Below, one piece after another: positions 20,386 to 28,178 of a DNA stretch of 64,000 bases (position 1 is its first letter; every line of letters starts with the position of its first letter). Both the position numbers and the translations under genes were made by a program. The DNA lies in NCBI GenBank assembly GCA_963765675.1, contig CAVXXK010000006.1, positions 160,001 to 224,000 of the forward strand, written 5' to 3'. The stretch is from an uncultured delta proteobacterium. Its GTDB lineage: Bacteria; Desulfobacterota; Binatia; Binatales; Binataceae. Below the pieces are notes generated by a model. The model ran no database searches. It was not told the DNA's origin and saw only the letters and a list, made by a program, of their open reading frames with translations.

Positions 20386-20835
20386 ATGCAGTCCAAGGAA
20401 TTCTGGAGCAAGGCGCAGGCGATCGGGGCCAAGGCGACGTGGGCCTATCTGGCGACCGCCAGCGGCGATCAACCCAAGGTCCGAGTGGTGCATCCGGCGA
20501 TCGAGGGCGAGCGCGTGTGGGTCGCGACCGGACGTAACTCGGCCAAGGCGCGGCATCTGGCGCGCAACCAGAAGGTCGAGCTGTTCTACCAGGTAGGAGC
20601 GGATTTCATTCATTTGACTATCACCGGCACGGCGAAATTTGTCGACGACGCCGCCGAGAAGAAGCGCGTCTGGAACAGCAAGGTCTTCGATTACGATCTC
20701 GGCCAGTTCTGGCCCGAAGGCGCGGAGTCCAAGGAGTTCGGCCTGATCCTGATCACGCCGACGCGCGCCGAGATCACCTCGTTGCCCGAGATGAGCCAGG
20801 GCAAGAAGCCGGAGGTCTGGCGCGCGAAGAAGTAG
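20386..20835 (+). CDS. Pyridoxamine 5'-phosphate oxidase-like (general stress, FMN-binding split barrel) protein
   Basis: YLATASGDQPKVR, SAKARHLARNQKV; GGAGG before ATG 20386. Confidence 0.8.
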   Translation: MQSKEFWSKAQAIGAKATWAYLATASGDQPKVRVVHPAIEGERVWVATGRNSAKARHLARNQKVELFYQVGADFIHLTITGTAKFVDDAAEKKRVWNSKVFDYDLGQFWPEGAESKEFGLILITPTRAEITSLPEMSQGKKPEVWRAKK

Positions 20836-20904
20836 GTCGCGGACGATTTTCCGAGGTTGTCGATTATCAGAAAAAGCTGGAGTGGTTGCACTAATCGCTT
20901 CGCG

Positions 20905-20933
20905 GAGATCCTTCGCCTGCGGCTCAGGATGAC
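20905..20933. repeat. Half of a palindromic REP-like element (GAGATCCTTCG...CTCAGGATGAC)
   Basis: Intergenic between convergent genes; resembles the GTCATCCTGAG...GAAGGATCT class of short interspersed palindromes. Confidence 0.45.
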
Positions 20934-21021
20934 GACAAGGGAGGGCCTGCGAGAATCGACAGCCTCTTCGGACAGAGACTGCGGTGCTTAGCTCCGGAGT
21001 TTCGCGCGCAAATGGCGCGAA

Positions 21022-21522
21022 CTATCCTCTCGCTTTTTCGCGCGCGAAGATGGCGCGCTCTTCGGCGTTCATCTTGGCGCGGATTCGCGAGCCCTTGCCG
21101 AGATGGCGGTAGAGCCCGCCTTCCGAAAAAAATTCCTCGTACGGTTTGGCGGGAATTTCTTCGGCGGGCGGAGTGTCGCTGATCTTGGCGCCGAGTGCTT
21201 CTTCGACCAGCGATGAATCGTACATCCGGATCGCGTCGTAGTCGGTAAGCAGCGAGCAGACCTCGACGCAGATGTAGCATCCGATGCATTCCTGAAAGCG
21301 ATCCTGGACCGGCTGCACCCCGCGGCCGGGAACGCTGCCGTTTTGCAGATACTCGATGCAATTGACCGGGCAGAACTCAGGACATTTGCCGCACGGGAAG
21401 CATAGGTTCACGTCCATGAACGCGACTTCGCGCGGACGTTTTTTCTTGCGGGAGATTTCGTCGGGAGTCTCGGGGACGCGGTCTTCCTTGAGGCGGCGCT
21501 TGATTATCTCTATTGCATCCAT
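21022..21522 (-). CDS. 4Fe-4S dicluster (ferredoxin-type) protein
   Basis: CFPCGKCPEFCP and CIGCYICVEVC motifs. Confidence 0.88.
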   Translation of the reverse strand: MDAIEIIKRRLKEDRVPETPDEISRKKKRPREVAFMDVNLCFPCGKCPEFCPVNCIEYLQNGSVPGRGVQPVQDRFQECIGCYICVEVCSLLTDYDAIRMYDSSLVEEALGAKISDTPPAEEIPAKPYEEFFSEGGLYRHLGKGSRIRAKMNAEERAIFAREKARG

Positions 21523-21576
21523 CGCTTTCTATCTCACACCGCGAGCGGGAATCGCGTCAAGCGTGTTCCGCGGGCG

Positions 21577-23199
21577 TTACTTTAGCGCCGAGACTCGCCC
21601 GTCCGATGACGCCACGAAAACCGCGCCCGACGGCGACGCCGCGAGCGCCAGCACTTTGCCCGCGCTATGCGACGACCATCCGGCGGAGCCGTCGGCGCTG
21701 ATCTTGATGATCGTGCCGTCGGCAACGGCGACATACACGTCGCCATCCGCCTCGACCGCGATATTGCCTGCGGTGGGCGCGTAGGCCTTCGCGGTCCAGC
21801 GCAGCGTGCCGGAGGTATCATCGACGGCGTAGAGGGCGCCGGCTCCGAAATAGGCCTGGCCGAGCGCGTCCACTACCGGTCCCGCGACGGGAGTTCCCGC
21901 CGCGCCGGCGACGCTCCAGTTCTGCGCGCCGGTGTCGGTATCGACGGAATAGAGAATTCCCTTGCCCGAGACGCTGTAGACGGTCGTCCCCGCGGTAACG
22001 AGGTTGCCCGCGAATCCGCCATCCGGTGCGAAGGCCCAGAGCTCGGAGCCGGTGGTGGAATAGGCGCTCAAGTCGCCCCCTGCCGACGCGATCACGACAC
22101 CGCCGGGGATTATCGCCGCGGCGGTTGCCGCACCGGCCGGGACGCTCCAGTTGATCTGTCCCTGCGAGCTCACTGACACAAGATTTTCGCCGACGCTCAC
22201 GTATGCGGCGCCGTCACCGACGGCGAGCGGAACTCCTCCACTTCCGATCTGCACCTTCCAGCGGGGGACACCCACCGACGTGAGTCCATAGAGCCAGTCA
22301 GTCGTGCCCTGCACGACAATGGTGCCGTCGGGAGCGACAGCAACCGCGGTTCCGCCGGCAGGACGGTCGAAGATCTGATTCCCGTGCGAGTCGATCGCAT
22401 GCAGGAGCCCGTCGGTAGTAATGAAGTAGGCTTCGCCATGGGTTCCCGGCGTGATCCGCCCGGCGACCGGCGCATCATTCTTGATGGTCCACTGTGCGGT
22501 CGCCGAAGCAACTGTTGTCGACGCCGCCGGTATCACGAAGCTGAGCGTGGCGACATCGCCTTTGGGCGTGGCGGTCGCGGTCGGCGTGGCGGTCGGAGTC
22601 GGGCAGGGCGGACACGGACCGGGCGATCCCACCTGGATCGCATACTGCAGGCTCGCAATGCTCGAAGAGCTCGCGCTGATACAGGTGCATCCCTCGGCCT
22701 GTCCCTGGTAGATGCCGCCGAAGCCGACGACTGGATTCACGACGATTCCAGGAGGATTCGAGCCCCAGAAAGTATTCGCGCTGTTGGTGATGTCCTGGTA
22801 CTGGGTCTTTGTCGCGCCGCCTGTGTTATGTTTGACCAGCACGCCCTGCGCTTCGAACGCGACGGTGCCATTGATCGTGGTATCGAAAACCGTGCCGGGA
22901 GCGGGCGTCGAGCAGGCGGTTGCAGTCGGCGTCTTTGTCGGAGTCGGAGGATGCTTGGGGGTCGGAGTCGAGGTCGGTACTCCCGTTGGAGACGGAGTCG
23001 GGACGAGCTGGCAGATATTGATCGCCTCGAGCGCGTAGCCCTGGGTCGGAGTTGGACCGGGGCAGAGGCCTGGAATAAAGGTGCCGGTCGAGTCGACCAC
23101 GCCGAAGCATCCGGAGTTCGAACTGCAGCTCGAAATTATCGTTCCGGCCACCAATATCACGACGGGAGCGAGAATGATCCATCTGATCCAGCGCGTCAT
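21577..23199 (-). CDS. Probable lipoprotein with Pro/Thr linkers and a C-terminal PQQ-like beta-propeller
   Basis: Hydrophobic N-terminus ending ISSC; PTPTPT linkers; repeated G..L.A.D...G...W units. Confidence 0.8.
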   Translation of the reverse strand: MTRWIRWIILAPVVILVAGTIISSCSSNSGCFGVVDSTGTFIPGLCPGPTPTQGYALEAINICQLVPTPSPTGVPTSTPTPKHPPTPTKTPTATACSTPAPGTVFDTTINGTVAFEAQGVLVKHNTGGATKTQYQDITNSANTFWGSNPPGIVVNPVVGFGGIYQGQAEGCTCISASSSSIASLQYAIQVGSPGPCPPCPTPTATPTATATPKGDVATLSFVIPAASTTVASATAQWTIKNDAPVAGRITPGTHGEAYFITTDGLLHAIDSHGNQIFDRPAGGTAVAVAPDGTIVVQGTTDWLYGLTSVGVPRWKVQIGSGGVPLAVGDGAAYVSVGENLVSVSSQGQINWSVPAGAATAAAIIPGGVVIASAGGDLSAYSTTGSELWAFAPDGGFAGNLVTAGTTVYSVSGKGILYSVDTDTGAQNWSVAGAAGTPVAGPVVDALGQAYFGAGALYAVDDTSGTLRWTAKAYAPTAGNIAVEADGDVYVAVADGTIIKISADGSAGWSSHSAGKVLALAASPSGAVFVASSDGRVSALK

Positions 23200-23289
23200 A
23201 GAACCTTGAGCTATGACGGCGCGATCGCGCGCTGTCAAGCCGCAGCGCGAAATCAGCGATGCATTAGCTTGAAAAGAGCTCCGCGGTTG

Positions 23290-23415
23290 TGTCATTCCCG
23301 CGCGTGTGGCTGCCGCGCGCGAGGAATCCCGGACGGATGGCTGCTGCATGTGGCCGCGGCTCGGTGCATGGACGTCCCGGGATTCCTCGCGCGGCAGCCA
23401 CGCGCGGGAATGACA
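23290..23415. repeat. About 126-bp palindromic MITE/REP-like element
   Basis: TGTCATTCCCGCGCGTGTGGCTGCCGCGCGCGAGGAATCCCGGACG ... CGTCCCGGGATTCCTCGCGCGGCAGCCACGCGCGGGAATGACA: near-perfect arms of about 45 bp. Confidence 0.75.
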
Positions 23416-23446
23416 ATCGGGACACGCGCTCGAAATACGGATAATC

Positions 23447-23570
23447 GAAAGAGAAAAAAGACGGCGGGCGTCAAAGGAGGGGGGGACTCCTCAACGCCCG
23501 CCAGTTCGTAGCGGCCGCTCGCTTGCGCGAGCGGTTATGCCGGTTGGTGGGAGGAGCATCCAACCAGTAT
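23447..23570 (-). ncRNA. Candidate sRNA with three hairpins, C-rich anti-SD loops and an intrinsic terminator
   Basis: Minus strand: CUGGUUGG-AUGCUCCUCCCA-CCAACCGG; CCGCUCGC-GCAA-GCGAGCGG; GGCGGGCGUUGAGGAG-UCCCCCC-CUCCUUUGACGCCCGCC followed by GUCUUUUUU. Confidence 0.55.
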
Positions 23571-23835
23571 CGGGTGCCAGAGCCATCAGAGCACCCAATT
23601 ATTTAGACGGGGACAGATCGCGATTATTCATCGAAAGAATCATCAAACCATTCATTCGCTTTTTGATTCGATTCAATATTTCCTCGCGATTCATTCCCCA
23701 TCCTCTGGAAAGTTTGACGGCGGCGTCGTACAGATTATTCAGCCATCGATCTTTTGCAGTCTGGCCAGTCATCGCTTGCGGGTCCCCTGGATTCCACTTG
23801 GGATTCTGCCTGGGCCGACAGGAAGGAGCATCATC

Positions 23836-24843
23836 ATGGAATATCGGCGTTTGGGATCCACGGGCCTTAAGGTTTCAGAGCTATGCCTTGGATGCATGAC
23901 GTTCGGACGCGAGACGAAAGAGCACGAAGCGAAAAAGATTCTCGACAAGTTTCTCGAAGCGGGAGGGAATTTCCTCGATACGGCGAACGTGTACGCCGCC
24001 GGCGCGTCGGAAGATATCGTAGGCAGGATTACCAAGGGCAAACGCGATTCACTCGTGATCGCGACCAAGGTGCGCTTCAATGCCAACGTCTTCATCGGAA
24101 AGAAGATAGGGCCCAACGAAATTGGATTGTCGCGCGGGCATATCATGGCCGAGGTCGAGCGCAGCCTTAAACGGCTCCAGACCGACTACATCGATCTCTA
24201 CCAGGTGCATTCGTGGGACTTCGAAACTCCGATCGAAGAGACGATGCGCGCGCTCGACGACCTGGTTCGCCAGGGCAAGGTGCGCTATATCGGCGCGTCG
24301 AATTTTACCGCGTGGCAGCTCATGAAGAGCTTGTGGATCAGCGATAAGTTCAACTATGCGCGTTTTGACTCGCTGCAGCCGCAATACAGCCTGATCTGCC
24401 GCGATATCGAGCGCGAGCTGATGCCGATGATTCGCGAAGAGGGAATCGGCGTTATCCCATGGAGTCCGCTCGGCGGAGGATTTCTTACCGGCAAGTATCA
24501 CTCAGGTGAGAAGCCGCCCGAGGACGGCCGCCTCGCGAAGCAGGACCTGTGGGGACGCCTCGCGAACGAGCGCAACTACCGCACGCTCGAGGCGGTCGAG
24601 CAGGTGGCCAAGGAACGCGGCCGCAGTATCGCGCAGGTCGCGCTCGCGTGGGTGAATCAGCAGCCGGGAGTAAGCTCGGTGATCTACGGTGCGCGGACCA
24701 CGGAGCAGAACGATCAGAACCTGGGCGCGGTCGGACTTCATCTGGAAGCCGCCGAGCTCGCGGCATTGAACAACGCGAGCGCCCTCGCGCCCGAGTATCC
24801 GGTCTCGATGCAGGCGCGTCTGCCGGGAGCGCCGCGGGCATAG
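23836..24843 (+). CDS. Aldo/keto reductase
   Basis: LCLGCMTFG, DTANVY, LQTDYIDLYQVH, GKVRYIGASN, PWSPLGGG; AAGGAG RBS. Confidence 0.95.
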   Translation: MEYRRLGSTGLKVSELCLGCMTFGRETKEHEAKKILDKFLEAGGNFLDTANVYAAGASEDIVGRITKGKRDSLVIATKVRFNANVFIGKKIGPNEIGLSRGHIMAEVERSLKRLQTDYIDLYQVHSWDFETPIEETMRALDDLVRQGKVRYIGASNFTAWQLMKSLWISDKFNYARFDSLQPQYSLICRDIERELMPMIREEGIGVIPWSPLGGGFLTGKYHSGEKPPEDGRLAKQDLWGRLANERNYRTLEAVEQVAKERGRSIAQVALAWVNQQPGVSSVIYGARTTEQNDQNLGAVGLHLEAAELAALNNASALAPEYPVSMQARLPGAPRA

Positions 24844-24917
24844 CTGTAGCGGGCAGGATCGGCTTTTCAGCCGAAATCCGGTGGGTTCGTTTGGTATCTT
24901 TTTGTGGCGCCGAAAAA

Positions 24918-25650
24918 TTATTCTCCTTGAGAATGCTTAAGAATTTCGCTCGATGGGTTCGTTTTAGGCGTCTTTTCGGTACCTGATTCTGGGGCCTCCG
25001 CGCGGCGCCGGCGCTGCATCCGGTCGAGCTGATCGATCGCGCGGAACAGATGGCGCATCAGGCCGTTTTCGTAACGGCTGATCATCACGACCTCGTCGGC
25101 ATCGGGCATCGAAAGACCATTGAGCCCGGTCTCGGCGAGAATTCGCTCGCCTTCGTCCTCGTGCGCAACACGTTTCGCTCCGACCGCCTTTTCGCGGAGC
25201 TCGTCCCAGATCGATGGCGGCTCGGACCACTCGAGCGAATTCTGGAACGCCACACGATTTTCGTACTTGAGCAAGCGGCGCAGGCGCCAGGTGCATACGC
25301 CGATCTCCTGCACCATCAGCATTTCCAGGGCTCCTACGGGCTTGCGGTCGGCGACCAGCGCGGACATCAGGGCGCGGAACTGCACGGACGCGCGATGGCC
25401 TTCGAGCTTCGGGAATCACGAGCCCTCGCGAGAGGACGCCGGGCCTCGCGAGGGCGCGGCGCTTGGCCAGAACGCCGTGCTTGACGGCATTCATCGCAGA
25501 GCGCGCCTTGCCGCGCTTGGAGCGCGGGCCGGTCGAGAGCAGGGCATTCTCGCGATTAGCCGCGAGTTTACGGTCGGAAATGGTGCGGCGCTCGGGCGCG
25601 GGCAGCGCCGAAGGGGTAGGGTCGCCAGCACATGGCGGTTGTTCGTCCAT
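24918..25650 (-). pseudogene. Hypothetical protein of the 'ANRxNAxxSTGP...NAxKHG' type, split by an apparent 1-nt insertion near 25408
   Basis: N-part SDRKLAANRENALLSTGPRSKRGKARSAMNAVKHG; C-part WRLRRLLKYE...RYENGLMRHLFRAIDQL. Removing one base gives IPELEGHRASVQFRALM. Confidence 0.65.
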
Positions 25651-25855
25651 GTGTTCAATTGTGCACAAATTGTCAAAAAAACAAGGCTGAACAGTTCAGC
25701 CTTATTTTTTTCCTCGAAATATGTTATAGGGCCGCCTCTCCTGGTCCGTTGCCCAGTATGATTCCTTGCCTGAAAGGGAGTTTTTTGGGCCCGATTTTCC
25801 AGAGGGACTTGCATGATGTACCATAGGGCTGATCTTCGAGTGGGTGAGCGGCGCC

Positions 25856-26161
25856 ATGCTGATGACAAAGCGTAAGCCGGCGACGGTCGGTGAAATCCTG
25901 GTGGAGGAGTTCATGGAACCGCTTGGCCTGACTCAAAGAGCGCTCGCAGAAGCTATGGGTGTGCAGCGCAAACATGTCAACGAGTTATGCAAGGGGCGGC
26001 GCAACGTGACGGCCGCGACGGCTCTGATCCTGGCGCGCGTGTTCGGCAACAGCCCGGATTTTTGGCTGAACGTACAGCGGCGCAACGACTTGTGGAATGC
26101 GATGCATAGTCCGAAGGAGCAGGCGCGGATCGGACGCGCACGTCCGCTCAAGGCTGCTTGA
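25856..26161 (+). CDS. higA: HigA family antitoxin (XRE HTH), no intact toxin partner
   Basis: VGEILVEEFMEPLGLTQ...VNELCKGRRNVTAATALILARVFGNSPDFWLNVQ. Confidence 0.88.
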   Translation: MLMTKRKPATVGEILVEEFMEPLGLTQRALAEAMGVQRKHVNELCKGRRNVTAATALILARVFGNSPDFWLNVQRRNDLWNAMHSPKEQARIGRARPLKAA

Positions 26162-26228
26162 ACTGCCCTGCGATCTTCCGTTTTTCAATGCTTGCCGTGT
26201 GCAGGAACAGCGCAACGGTTAGGAGCGG

Positions 26229-26390
26229 AAGACACAGGCTCTGGCCTGTGCCACTTAAAACAAGTCCAACCTTTGAGGAGCCGTGTCTTCTGGCTTGCGT
26301 CAAGTAAATTTTCTCATGTCGGCAGGCTCTGCCGATGTTGGGCGCAGCGAGAAATTTCTTAGGTGGCACAGGCTTTAGCCTGTGTTTCTT
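26229..26390. repeat. Inverted pair of REP-like family A (GTGGCACAGGC-x4-GCCTGTG)
   Basis: Copies at 26229-26260 and 26361-26390 (opposite orientation); third copy at 30635-30666. Confidence 0.75.
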
Positions 26391-26473
26391 TGCAGCGGCA
26401 TCCTCATCCGGGCGTCGCGAGGCTTGCGGAACGAGCGCAAGCCTCGCGCCGCGCACGGCTACTGCCGTTAAGA

Positions 26474-26515
26474 TCGACCTAACCCCTGACCCCTTCCCGC
26501 ACGGGAAGGGGAACC
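26474..26515. repeat. REP-like family B (CGACCTAACCCC..CCCCTTCCC..GGGAAGGGG)
   Basis: Near-identical to 30355-30392; reverse copies at 27351-27392 and 30484-30524. Confidence 0.75.
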
Positions 26516-26578
26516 ATTTGGCGGATGACACGGACGCTTATCCAGGGAACGGGTGGTGGGTCAGTTTGAGATGTGTGA

Positions 26579-27332
26579 CTATAAATTTCTGCGCGGGATC
26601 CCGGTGATGCGGCAGAGTACTCGCAAATCTATCTCTTCAAACTGTCCAAATTTCATTGGAATTTCCCAGAGACGCCTAAACGATGCGCGAACCTTATCGT
26701 ATAATTGGTCCGTCTCAACTGCTAACCGGCGATAGAGTTTAAGCACTTCATATGCCGCGAAATCGGCAGCCTGAAGCGGGACTGTTTTTCGATTGCGAAA
26801 AATCGGGTTCACACCAGTACTTGCGCGCACGGCGTCCATCAACTGTCCACGATGAGGATCGCCCGACTCAAACACATATTCGATAGGCACAGTTGGCCAA
26901 TGTACATCTCTCCAAGCGTTAGCTTGGTCGACACAGGATTTCGCGCAAATAGTGTATGGATAAAAGTATTCGTGCAGTTCGTATTCAGGCGTCCACCCGC
27001 AGATAATCGTCTCGTACGACGCAGGCACCCGTCCAATAGGCAGCATGCGGGAGTAGAGCTTTCACCAGACCGTCAATAAATGCTTTGCGCTTTTCTTCTT
27101 TCCCTTTCCAGCCAACCGCATAGGCATCAACACTGTGCGCAAACTCGCGCATATGGAAATAGGGTACGTCAAACTGTTTCAGGACTGCATTCCACTCAGG
27201 CTCGAACATGAGCCATTCGTCGGTTCGACCGACAAATCCTCCGACCGCCAAAATTGGGTCGTCCTCTTTTCCGCTGGCATCGCCGTACAGAGACAGAGGG
27301 CTTGGGACGATTATTGCCATTAGGTCATCCAC
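26579..27332 (-). pseudogene. DUF3800-like (RNase H-fold) protein, lower GC, split by an apparent 1-nt insertion near 26987
   Basis: LYGDASG...AVGGF...FHMRE in ORF 26985-27332; LQAADFAAY in ORF 26579-27046. Junction reads GAC GCC (T) GAA TAC. Confidence 0.72.
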
Positions 27333-27350
27333 CTTGAGAAATAGCGTATT

Positions 27351-27585
27351 TTCCCCTTACCGTGCAGGAAGGTGGGGGTTGGGTGAGTCGATCCTGCTGC
27401 CGAGGGGAGGCATCCCCGGAATCTTTGATCGGAGCTTTGCGCCGCGCTGAGTAAAGGTCCCTCGCCTGGCCTCTCCGTTTCAGGGCGAGGGATCGGACAG
27501 CAGAGTGAGGGACCAGAGAGATTAGGGCATAAGGTTCCTTCACCTGACCGCGTGGCAGTGGCACCTCCCTTTCAGGGCGAGGAAT
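27351..27585. repeat. Cluster of degenerate family-B-like palindromes
   Basis: TTCCCCTTACC..GGAAGG..GGGTGAGTCGA; CCCTCGCC..GGGCGAGGG; CCTTCACC..TTCAGGGCGAGG. Confidence 0.55.
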
Positions 27586-27638
27586 CCGCAACAAACAGGC
27601 GGATTAAAATCCGCCGCACTTAGAGTGTAACCTACTGG

Positions 27639-28139
27639 TCAGGGCATGGGGACGGGGACTACTGGGGCGACCACTGAGAGGTTGTCTTTTACTGTTAGGG
27701 TTACCAGGCAGGTGGGTTCTTCGCGGCCGTAGCAGATGTTGGCGACTATGCCTTTGGGGCTTGGTTGCAGGCGCGAGTACTTGTGGCAGACCCAGACTCC
27801 GGCGCTTTGACGGTACATCGCGACTGTGAAGTAGCGGCCGGGGGAGAGCTTGCCGGACTGGGTTACGCCGCGCAGCCCTACTTCTTTCGAGTCGGTTATT
27901 TCGAAGCCGTCGTGGGCCGAGTTGGGATCGTAGGTCATGAAGAAAATCTGCCATTGCAGGCCGGCGCGGGCGGAGAGGTCGTAGTTCATCGCGTGCTCGG
28001 AAGAGAACACCGGCTTGTCGCGGCACAGCCACGGACGCGGCTCGCCGGCATGGGCTGGCGCGGAAATCGCGATTGCCGCCAGGACGACTGCGACGGAAAT
28101 TGTCTCGAGGATGTGGGTCTTGAGGATGCGGATGAACAT
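27639..28139 (-). CDS. Secreted hypothetical protein
   Basis: Signal peptide ending AHA; four Cys; 166-aa ORF downstream of the mutase. Confidence 0.65.
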   Translation of the reverse strand: MFIRILKTHILETISVAVVLAAIAISAPAHAGEPRPWLCRDKPVFSSEHAMNYDLSARAGLQWQIFFMTYDPNSAHDGFEITDSKEVGLRGVTQSGKLSPGRYFTVAMYRQSAGVWVCHKYSRLQPSPKGIVANICYGREEPTCLVTLTVKDNLSVVAPVVPVPMP

Positions 28140-28178
28140 GCGTGGGTTCCTTTGCGGCTTCGGCGGTTGCGGCTCGAT

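Noticed and set aside
22570-23060. Low-complexity tandem-like DNA (GTCGGAGTCGG...)
   Set aside because: Explained by Pro/Thr linker coding in the lipoprotein.
23564-23578. Minus-strand TGGCAC as a sigma-54 promoter for the candidate sRNA
   Set aside because: No GC at the -12 position.
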